Origin: Candidatus Heimdallarchaeota archaeon
Lineage (GTDB): Archaea > Asgardarchaeota > Heimdallarchaeia > Hodarchaeales > Hodarchaeaceae
Direction: 5' to 3'
Assembly (NCBI GenBank): GCA_019057635.1
Contig: DXJL01000124.1
Coordinates: 1-19,103, forward strand
Length of the DNA stretch: 19,103 nucleotides
The notes below the pieces were generated by a model, which saw only the letters and a list, made by a program, of their open reading frames with translations, did not search any database and was not told the DNA's origin. Both the position numbers and the translations under genes were made by a program. This document shows positions 1 to 6,933 of this stretch, in pieces (position 1 is the stretch's first letter; the number at the start of each line of letters is the position of its first letter).

Positions 1-75
1 ACTTCTCCTTATTCTTGGATTGCAGTTTTAATTTCATTTCTCTCAATTAAAATTATTCGGAGGCAAAAAAAATAG
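1..75 (+). CDS. 3' end (partial) of a protein with a C-terminal transmembrane helix and basic tail (CTERM-type anchor or sorting signal)
   Basis: Frame 1 from the window start reads TSPYSWIAVLISFLSIKIIRRQKK* (TAG at 73-75): a short motif, a hydrophobic stretch, then an Arg/Lys cluster at the stop. Not in the ORF track. Confidence 0.6.
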   Translation, partial: TSPYSWIAVLISFLSIKIIRRQKK

Positions 76-122
76 CCAATGCAAAGTTTAAACTGTCTAC
101 TTGGGATAAAGGAGAGCTATTC

Positions 123-311
123 ATGCAGGAACTGGCATCTAATCTAGATATTCCTATAGAAACGCGCGATGCAAAACAAGTGATCGAATTATCTAAAGGA
201 AAAATAACTTTTCACCCCGATGATCGAGGTTTTGCCTTTATTACTGCTAAAGGTGTTGAAGAAAAGACCATCGAAGTCATTGACAGAATTAAGGAAAGAT
301 TCCTTGATTAA
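123..311 (+). CDS. small hypothetical protein (62 aa)
   Basis: ATG is preceded by GGAGA at 111-115. Composition is protein-like and the ORF fills the gap before the convergent histone. No family recognised. Confidence 0.6.
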   Translation: MQELASNLDIPIETRDAKQVIELSKGKITFHPDDRGFAFITAKGVEEKTIEVIDRIKERFLD

Positions 312-328
312 GAGTTTTCCCTGATTAT

Positions 329-345
329 AAAAAAAAAAAAAAAAA
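329..345 (-). terminator. oligo-T (T17 on minus strand) terminator of the histone gene
   Basis: A17 run on the + strand, 17 nt beyond the histone stop. Archaeal terminators are T-tracts. Confidence 0.65.
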
Positions 346-362
346 CAGATGAAATAAGCAGC

Positions 363-566
363 TTATTTATCAGCTGCTAATTTAACATCGTTTTCTTTAA
401 CAGTTTTTCGACCAGAGTGTCGAGCAATTTCAACTGCGTATTTAGCTAAATCCATACTGTATTCAGTAAGGACCTCATTTAGTCTGGTGATAGCTTTCGC
501 GGAAACACGACGAGCACCAGCTGTACGAATTAATCTTTCAATTCTTGCACTAGCAAATCCTGCCAT
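363..566 (-). CDS. archaeal histone (HMf-like singlet histone fold, no tail), 67 aa
   Basis: MAGFASARIERLIRTAGARRVS...ARHSGRKTVKENDVKLA carries the R-V-S loop, H-x-G-R-K-T-V and the conserved D. Start moved to ATG 566 because an AGGTGA SD lies just upstream. Confidence 0.96.
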   Translation of the reverse strand: MAGFASARIERLIRTAGARRVSAKAITRLNEVLTEYSMDLAKYAVEIARHSGRKTVKENDVKLAADK

Positions 567-639
567 TTTTATTTCACCTTTTCTCAATTAGATATTCTTG
601 TTCTACTTTTGCAGAACAAGATAGCTCTCAAAAACTTAC

Positions 640-656
640 TATTAAATAACTTTCTC
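640..656 (-). promoter_or_regulatory. putative BRE/TATA promoter of the histone gene
   Basis: Minus strand reads GAGAAAGTTATTTAATA: a purine-rich BRE followed by a TTTAATA box. Confidence 0.45.
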
Positions 657-1171
657 TTTCATTGCTCAAATACCTCACAATTTTGTTCCCACTCTAGAAT
701 CGACCTCAGTGAAAGTTCAAATTTCGTCATACAAACTTGAGTTGAGAATCACTTGAAGTATACCTCTGATCGAAGTTAATTATTTTTACATTCATGACCG
801 AAGTTGCAAGGCCTGCTGCGATAAACATCTGAAGATCATAAATCCAAAAATGCTTCTCTAGATTATGTGTGTACACAAAATTCAAGTTGGAACTTCCCTG
901 CAGGAACCGAAAGAATAGACTCTAGTTTTACTCCTAGATAATTAAGTGAAAACAGTCAGGATGCGATTAACACAGCTGAAAATTATTACAAAAAAATACA
1001 TATATTTCACAAATATTGTCCGGAAGCACATAACAATAAATAAAAATTCGTTCAAAAATTGATACCCCGAGTGTTAAACTCCCCAAGAACTGTATAGTCA
1101 CTAGTAATATTTCATTCTACTGAGATTGACTATCAGTTTGTTGCATGATTCAATGTATGAGGTTATTTACT

Positions 1172-2824
1172 ATGCAACTAGGTGGACAACCTATAATAAT
1201 CCTTAAAGAAGGAAGTGAGCGTTCACGCGGCCGTGATGCTCAACGAAATAATATTCAGGCCGCCATAGCCGTGGCTGATGCAGTACGTAGTGCATTAGGT
1301 CCTCGAGGTATGGATAAGTTACTCGTTGATTCGTTAGGTGACGTTGTTATTACTAATGATGGTGCTACGATTTTAGACGAGATTGATGTTCAACATCCTG
1401 CAGCCAAAATGCTTGTTCAGGTAGCTAAAGTTCAGGACCAGGAGGTCGGTGATGGTACCACGACTTCTGTCATTGTCGCTGGTGAATTGCTTAAACGCGC
1501 TGAAAAGTTACTTGATCAGAAAATTCATCCCACTGTTATCATTGGTGGTTTCAAACTCGCCTCTGATAAATGTACTTTGATTTTGAAAGAAATTGCTAAC
1601 AAAGTTGAAGCCGATGACATAGATACTCTCAAAGCAATTGCTAGAACTTCTTTGAATTCTAAATCTGTGGGTGGTGCGAAAGAAATACTCTCAGACATGG
1701 CTGTTACCGCTACTAAAGCAGTGATGGAGGATAATAAAGTTGATATAGATATGATCTCTATTATCCAGAAACAAGGTAAGAGCTTAACTGATTCTGAGCT
1801 CATTCAAGGCATTGTGATTGACAAAGAAGTAGTTAATAGTCGAATGCCTTCTTCTGTTGAAAATCCTTCGATTGCTCTAGTTGATGTCGCATTAGAAATC
1901 AAGAAGACAGAATTTGATGCGAAAATCCGCATTACTGAAGCTTCTATGATGGATGCTTTTCTAGATCAGGAGCAAACCATGATTCAAGATATGGTTGATT
2001 TAATTCTTGCCTCTGGTGCGACTACTGTTATGTGTCAGAAAGGTATTGATGATTTAGCCCAACACTTCCTGGCTAAAAAAGGCGTTTTAGCTGTTCGTCG
2101 AGTAAAAAAATCCGATATGGAAAAACTCGCTCGTGCTACAGGCGCTAAAGTAGTAACCAATCTCAAAGATCTATCTTCTGACGATTTAGGTTCAGCAGGA
2201 ATTATTGAAGAAGTTCAAATTGGAGACGAAAAGCTCATCTACGTAAGAGACTGTCCTAATCCTAAATCAGTTTCCATTGTTCTTCGCGGTGGGACTAAAT
2301 ATGTCACTGATGAGGCTGAACGTGCATTACACGATGCTCTATGTGTTGTCAGGGATGTTTTAGAAGATACTTGGGCTGTTGCTGGTGCTGGAAGCCCTGA
2401 GATTGAACTTCATAAAGGTCTCAAGGAATTTGCAGGAACAGTGATAGGCCGTGAGCAAATGGCTGTCGATGCCTTCGCAGATGCTGTGGAGATCGTTCCC
2501 CGAACTCTGGCTGAGAATGCTGGTCTTGATTCTATTGATGTTTTGGTCGAATTACGTGCTGCCCATGAAAAAGGCAATCCTAACATTGGTATCAATGTCG
2601 ACACTGGGAAAACAGTGGATGCTTTCAAAGCTGGTATTATCGAACCTCTCCGTGTGAAACGCCAAGCACTTAGATCTGCTCGTGAAGCTGCTGAATTAAT
2701 TCTTCGTATTGATGATGTCATTCAGAGCAAGAGTACGGGCGGTGGTGCACCAGGCGGTATGCCCCCAAATATGGGTGGTATGGGCGGAATGGGTGGTATG
2801 GGCGGTATGCCCCCAATGATGTAG
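1172..2824 (+). CDS. thsA: thermosome (group II chaperonin) subunit 1 with GGM tail
   Basis: [29 protein letters not shown] and RIDDVI motifs. Start is ATG 1172 ([14 protein letters not shown]) with SD GAGGT at 1159-1163. The alpha/beta label is arbitrary. Confidence 0.97.
   Translation: MQLGGQPIIILKEGSERSRGRDAQRNNIQAAIAVADAVRSALGPRGMDKLLVDSLGDVVITNDGATILDEIDVQHPAAKMLVQVAKVQDQEVGDGTTTSVIVAGELLKRAEKLLDQKIHPTVIIGGFKLASDKCTLILKEIANKVEADDIDTLKAIARTSLNSKSVGGAKEILSDMAVTATKAVMEDNKVDIDMISIIQKQGKSLTDSELIQGIVIDKEVVNSRMPSSVENPSIALVDVALEIKKTEFDAKIRITEASMMDAFLDQEQTMIQDMVDLILASGATTVMCQKGIDDLAQHFLAKKGVLAVRRVKKSDMEKLARATGAKVVTNLKDLSSDDLGSAGIIEEVQIGDEKLIYVRDCPNPKSVSIVLRGGTKYVTDEAERALHDALCVVRDVLEDTWAVAGAGSPEIELHKGLKEFAGTVIGREQMAVDAFADAVEIVPRTLAENAGLDSIDVLVELRAAHEKGNPNIGINVDTGKTVDAFKAGIIEPLRVKRQALRSAREAAELILRIDDVIQSKSTGGGAPGGMPPNMGGMGGMGGMGGMPPMM
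2753..2815 (+). repeat. coding 9-nt tandem repeat (ATGGGYGGW x4) encoding the GGM tail, bounded by a GGCGGTATGCCCCCA direct repeat
   Basis: atgggtggt atgggcgga atgggtggt atgggcggt at 2771-2806. The 15-nt direct repeat is at 2753-2767 and 2801-2815. Confidence 0.9.
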
Positions 2825-2835
2825 GAGGAAAAAAA

Positions 2836-4473
2836 ATGACTTTTCAAGGTACACCCGTATTAATATTAAAAGACGATACCCAACGAACAACTGGAAAAGA
2901 CGCAGTCGGTAGTAATATCGCTGCGGCTCGTGTTATCTCTGAAGCAATTCGTTCTGCCCTTGGACCCAAAGGCATGGACAAGATGCTTTTGGACAATTTT
3001 GGTGATGTTGTTATTACCAATGATGGTGCTACAATTCTGAAAGAGATTGATATTGCCCATCCAGTAGGTAAGATGATGGTTGAGCTATCTAAAATTCAAG
3101 ATCAGGAAGTTGGTGATGGTACAACCAGTGTTGTTATCCTAGCTGGTGAGATGCTTTCTGAAGCTGCAGAATTAATTTCCAGTGATAAAATCCATCCTAC
3201 TATTCTTGTAGAAGGATATAGACTAGCTACTGAAAAAGCAATTGAATTTCTTAACGAAATTGCTACTGAAGTCTCTGCAGATGATGACAAACTCTTGAAA
3301 GAGATTGTTATGACCTCGATGGGATCAAAAATTGTCGCCCGATCAGGTGAGATGCTGTCATCAATTGTAATTGATGCCGTTAAAAGCATTGATCCAGGGA
3401 CAGGTAAGATCGATATCGATGATATCAAGGTAGAAAAGAAAGAAGGTGAAGATATTGAAGCAACAATCTTAGTTAAAGGCATTGTTCTTGACAAAGAAGT
3501 GGTTCATGTTGGTATGCCTAAAAATCTGGAAAACCCAAAGATCGCTTTGATTACTGAGGCTTTTGAAGTTTCAAAGACAGAGTTTGATTCTGAACTGAGT
3601 ATTACCGACCCTTCCAAAATCCAAGAATTCTTGGATCGTGAAGCCTCAATGCTACAAAAAATGGTAGATAGTGTCGTAGCTGCAGGTGCTAGTGTAGTCA
3701 TTGCTCAAAAAGGCATTGATGATGTTGCACAACACCTCTTAGCAAAAGAGAATATTATGGCTATTCGTCGGGTCAAAAAATCCGACATCGAAAAATTGAG
3801 TAAAGCTACTGGTGCAGCCATCGTTAACAACCTTAGCGATTTATCAGTTGCTGATTTAGGTACTGCTGGTAAAGTTTACGAAACCAAAATCGGTGACGAT
3901 GACATGATATTCGTTGAAGACTGCCCTGAAGCTAAAGCTGTTACCATTTTAATTCGTGGAGGCACAGAACTCGTTGTCGATGAAGCTGAAAGATCTATTC
4001 ACGATGCAATATGTGTCGTGCGTAATGTTCTTGAAGATAAAAAAGTAGTTGTAGGTGGCGGCGCTCCAGAGGCATATGTCAGTCGAAAACTTCACAAATT
4101 CGCCGAATCTCTTATAGGACGTGAACAACTTGCTGTTCAGGCTTTTGCCAACGCATTAGAAGTGATCCCCCGAACTCTGGCTGAAAATGCTGGCCTAGAT
4201 CCTATTGATATCATTGTTGCACTTCGAAATGAACATGAAAGTGGGAATTTCAAAGCTGGCGTAGATGTTTTTAAAGGAAAAGTTAAAAACATGGATGGAG
4301 TCACTGAACCCCTACGTGTGAAAACGCACGCTATTTCAGCTGCTAGTGAGAATGCTCAGATGATTTTGAGAATAGATGATATAATTTCCGCAAAAGCAGG
4401 TGCTGGTCCTGGTCCAGGTGGTCCAGGCGGTCCAGGCGGTCCTGGAGGAATGGGCGGAGACGACTTCGATTAA
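2836..4473 (+). CDS. thsB: thermosome (group II chaperonin) subunit 2 with GPG-repeat and acidic tail
   Basis: [23 protein letters not shown] and RIDDII motifs. A GGAGG SD overlaps the upstream stop and the gap is 11 nt. Confidence 0.97.
   Translation: MTFQGTPVLILKDDTQRTTGKDAVGSNIAAARVISEAIRSALGPKGMDKMLLDNFGDVVITNDGATILKEIDIAHPVGKMMVELSKIQDQEVGDGTTSVVILAGEMLSEAAELISSDKIHPTILVEGYRLATEKAIEFLNEIATEVSADDDKLLKEIVMTSMGSKIVARSGEMLSSIVIDAVKSIDPGTGKIDIDDIKVEKKEGEDIEATILVKGIVLDKEVVHVGMPKNLENPKIALITEAFEVSKTEFDSELSITDPSKIQEFLDREASMLQKMVDSVVAAGASVVIAQKGIDDVAQHLLAKENIMAIRRVKKSDIEKLSKATGAAIVNNLSDLSVADLGTAGKVYETKIGDDDMIFVEDCPEAKAVTILIRGGTELVVDEAERSIHDAICVVRNVLEDKKVVVGGGAPEAYVSRKLHKFAESLIGREQLAVQAFANALEVIPRTLAENAGLDPIDIIVALRNEHESGNFKAGVDVFKGKVKNMDGVTEPLRVKTHAISAASENAQMILRIDDIISAKAGAGPGPGGPGGPGGPGGMGGDDFD
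4411..4446 (+). repeat. coding 9-nt tandem repeat (GGTCCWGGH x4) encoding the GPG tail
   Basis: ggtccaggt ggtccaggc ggtccaggc ggtcctgga. Confidence 0.9.
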
Positions 4474-4506
4474 GAAGCGTCTACGTCTTTTTTCTTTCAA
4501 ACATAA

Positions 4507-4531
4507 AATCCCCCTTTTTCCTTTTTTTTTT
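4507..4531 (+). terminator. pyrimidine/oligo-T terminator of the thermosome operon
   Basis: AATCCCCCTTTTTCC followed by T10, starting about 35 nt after the stop. Confidence 0.65.
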
Positions 4532-4687
4532 ATTCAATCATCCAGCTTGAGACTAATTCTCCATTTCAAGCCTAAGAATAAACAAGAAGAACTCACTTAT
4601 ATCTCATGCAAATTCGTCAGTTCTTGTTTGGTATTGGGCTTTCCAAACCGTTTTTAATTCTTAATGATATTTTGGGCTGGTTACTCC

Positions 4688-5017
4688 GTGACAGAGGCGA
4701 ATGTGGATTATAAGATTGAAATTGGACCTCAAATGCTGACTAGGTTTGAATATGCGCGTATTTTAGGAGCAAGAGCTCTGCAAATATCGATGGGTGCCCC
4801 TGTATTAGCAGAAGCACAGGAAACAAAACAACAACGAACTCCGGAAGCAGTTCAAGAACAGGGAGATCCCCTTCTAATCGCCGAACAAGAAATTAAAAAA
4901 CGTCTTCTCCCTATTTTAGTCCGAAGAACGCTCCCTGATGGAAGATACCAAGATATTCCTCTTTCACATCTTCTAAAACATTCTGGCCGTAAACACGGAA
5001 GGATAATGACAAAATAA
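4688..5017 (+). CDS. rpoK: DNA-directed RNA polymerase subunit Rpo6 (RpoK/RPB6)
   Basis: [22 protein letters not shown] and DPLLIAEQE...[12 protein letters not shown] motifs. The start is uncertain (GTG 4688 or ATG 4664). TTTTAA at about 4652 favours the GTG. Confidence 0.95.
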   Translation: MTEANVDYKIEIGPQMLTRFEYARILGARALQISMGAPVLAEAQETKQQRTPEAVQEQGDPLLIAEQEIKKRLLPILVRRTLPDGRYQDIPLSHLLKHSGRKHGRIMTK

Positions 5018-5116
5018 AATAGATAATTGTTTCTTAACCTGATATTTCTCTGGTTTAGGTATCATAAGTGGTGGTTCTTTTCACTAGACACTTGTATTGA
5101 TACTCCGAATGTAACC

Positions 5117-5124
5117 TTTTAATA
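5117..5124 (+). promoter_or_regulatory. putative TATA box for a leaderless transcript starting near TTG 5146
   Basis: TTTTAATA begins about 28 nt upstream of the TTG start. Confidence 0.45.
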
Positions 5125-5145
5125 TTCAAATGCTTTCTTATTTAG

Positions 5146-5832
5146 TTGGAGGCTATCGCTATTCCAAACCCAAAGTCTACCAAAGAGCTTCATGATAAAT
5201 TCGCAGAAAAATTGAAAGAGATTTCTGATTCTGCTGATGATGAAGCTAAATCTTTACTCACAGAAGGATTAAGAAATACCGCCAAAATTCCTTTTTTCCC
5301 ACAGAATTTTTCTACCTACCTATTAGATCTAAAACTTGCTTTAAATTTACCGGTTTCTCTTTTACCAGATTCTCTTTTCGTAAGACCGAATTTTAAGGGG
5401 AAATCTGAATTCTTTCACCGATTAGCATCCGAACTTATTTCATTTGGATTAGCCTACCAACGGATAAACTTAAAACCAGTTCCTCTTCATAAAATCACTT
5501 CCTTATTTCATAAACATAGGCCATGGTGGCAGTGTGACATTCAAGACATTGAAACCGCTCTTGATGTTCTACAAATGAATAATATTATACGCAAAAAGGA
5601 GGAGGGGTATATTTTTGAGCCATTCTCAGTATCTAGTGAGATCAGAACTTTTCTGTCTGCTGTTTCTGATGGAATAAGCGATTATGGGGAAATATCCTTG
5701 ACATTGATTGAGCAATTAGTGCCTTGGGAGAACGCTAGGATCATCGCGACATTAGAAATCCTTACTAGTCATCAGATTTGTATATATGATCAGAAGAACG
5801 AATTAGTTTATTTCCCAGGTTTTAAGAAATGA
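5146..5832 (+). CDS. EAP30/Vps22(Snf8)-Vps36-like ESCRT-II subunit (tandem winged helix)
   Basis: Colinear matches to Vps22/EAP30 as recalled from memory: EFFHRLA~DFYYELG, VPLHKI~ITLEEL, DIETALDVL~DLIRAIKKL, YGEISL..I....WENAR...LEIL~NGYVTV..I...KWETER...LEHL, and terminal D....VYFPGF~D....YWLPAL. Length is similar. Confidence 0.75.
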   Translation: MEAIAIPNPKSTKELHDKFAEKLKEISDSADDEAKSLLTEGLRNTAKIPFFPQNFSTYLLDLKLALNLPVSLLPDSLFVRPNFKGKSEFFHRLASELISFGLAYQRINLKPVPLHKITSLFHKHRPWWQCDIQDIETALDVLQMNNIIRKKEEGYIFEPFSVSSEIRTFLSAVSDGISDYGEISLTLIEQLVPWENARIIATLEILTSHQICIYDQKNELVYFPGFKK

Positions 5833-5855
5833 AAGGATGAGGAGCCCGAGATTTC

Positions 5856-6152
5856 ATGTTATTTCCTCCCCCAGAAGCATCCAAGTTTTATGATGATCGA
5901 ATATTAATATCTTGGGAAATCTCTCAACCAAAAAATTGTGATTTACTTCGTGAACTTAAATTTGAGATATATGGAAAACCTAAACTAATTTTTGATCCTG
6001 ATCAAAGCCCTATTATTGAGTTACCAACGTTAGAAGGTAACACGGTTATCTTGAATTGGGTTATCAAGCAACCAGAAAAAAGTACAGATATTCACTTATC
6101 GATGGAGTCTTCAACGATTAAGGAAACCCAAAAAATTACCCTAACTCCCTGA
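5856..6152 (+). CDS. hypothetical protein, 98 aa, beta-strand rich (possibly Ig-like sandwich)
   Basis: Alternating hydrophobic strands (ILISWEI, LKFEI, VILNWVI, IHLSME, QKITL). It lies 23 nt after the ESCRT-II-like gene with GAGGAG upstream. Confidence 0.65.
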   Translation: MLFPPPEASKFYDDRILISWEISQPKNCDLLRELKFEIYGKPKLIFDPDQSPIIELPTLEGNTVILNWVIKQPEKSTDIHLSMESSTIKETQKITLTP

Positions 6153-6189
6153 ATAATTAGATGATACTGATTCCCTGAAATGAGTGGTT

Positions 6190-6203
6190 GAAAGCTTTAA
6201 AAA
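6190..6203 (+). promoter_or_regulatory. putative BRE/TATA promoter of eS17
   Basis: GAAAGC followed by TTTAAAAA. Confidence 0.55.
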
Positions 6204-6298
6204 TTTCTAGAGTAAACGTTACTCGAAGCGTGATTACTCTTCTAAACACTATAAAACAATAGAATGACGAAGAGACACTCACTAGGATAATGAGTATT

Positions 6299-6514
6299 AT
6301 GGGTAAAGTCCGAACATCCGCAGTAAAAGTAATTTCACGAGAAATTGTGAAAGTATATGAATCGCATTTATCTCCAGATTCATTTGAACATAACAAAGAC
6401 ATAGTCTCGAAAGTGGCTCATATCCATTCCAAGAGGTTTAGGAATCAAATTGCTGGATATGTTACGCATCAGTTAAAGCTGAAAAAGTTACGTGAAGAGT
6501 CCTACGAAGATTAA
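6299..6514 (+). CDS. rps17e: 30S ribosomal protein S17e (eS17)
   Basis: MGKVRT...DSFEHNK...SKRFRNQIAGYVT signature. Start set to ATG 6299. Confidence 0.96.
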   Translation: MGKVRTSAVKVISREIVKVYESHLSPDSFEHNKDIVSKVAHIHSKRFRNQIAGYVTHQLKLKKLREESYED

Positions 6515-6750
6515 ATCTATTTTTCTGTGAGTAATCGGACCAACATTCACAATTTTGCTTTTTTGTGAGAGATTAAGCCGATTTTTCTCTAATTTGAGCT
6601 AAGCTTTCAAGTTTCTAGTCTTTTAAAGATGAAACAATGGTTTATTAGAAGGCATATGGAGAAAACATCATCATCGTTGCTCTTTCTAAATTATCTCATG
6701 GTGACATAGACTTTCTTAATTCGACGAAAAAAGTAAGTGTGAATCGTTCT

Positions 6751-6933
6751 ATGGCAGATAGTCCTCCACTTGGTGTACGCATAAAAGTTGAAGAAACTAA
6801 AGAGCGGTGTGGGAAGTGTAAGGCACCTTTCATCATGGAAGTTTATCTAGATCCATTAAGTGAAAGAAGATCGACAAGAGTTTACTGTAAGAATTGTCAA
6901 TATGATGTTCCATTGGAGGAAAATGATTATTGA
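6751..6933 (+). CDS. small zinc-ribbon protein (CxxC...CxxC)
   Basis: CGKC...YCKNC. Probable start is ATG 6751 (alternative GTG 6739). The stop overlaps the next start (TTGA). Confidence 0.75.
   Translation: MADSPPLGVRIKVEETKERCGKCKAPFIMEVYLDPLSERRSTRVYCKNCQYDVPLEENDY

Noticed and set aside
1051-1077. CIRCE-like half site GAGTGTTAA upstream of the chaperonins
   Set aside because: The left arm TTAGCACTC is absent at the 9-nt spacing (the sequence there is TTCAAAAAT).
1525-3701. Antisense or alternate-frame ORFs within the thermosome genes (1525-1803, 2410-2721, 2451-2657, 2696-2890, 2866-3060, 3102-3494, 3504-3701)
   Set aside because: They overlap highly conserved chaperonin genes and show no motifs. 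They are typical shadow ORFs from biased codon usage.
4400-4657. 85-aa + strand ORF
   Set aside because: It is an off-frame reading of the GPG repeat and runs through the poly-T terminator.
5829-5855. ATG-AAA-GGA-TGA in frame with the 98-aa ORF, suggesting UGA readthrough or selenocysteine
   Set aside because: The ATG arises trivially from the upstream AAA-TGA. There is no redox motif context or identifiable SECIS, and ATG 5856 has its own SD-like sequence.
6157-6402. 81-aa minus ORF
   Set aside because: It is antisense to rps17e and its promoter, with no recognisable features.
6610-6676. C-box-like ATGATGA on the minus strand (possible C/D sRNA)
   Set aside because: There is no CTGA D box at a suitable distance downstream.
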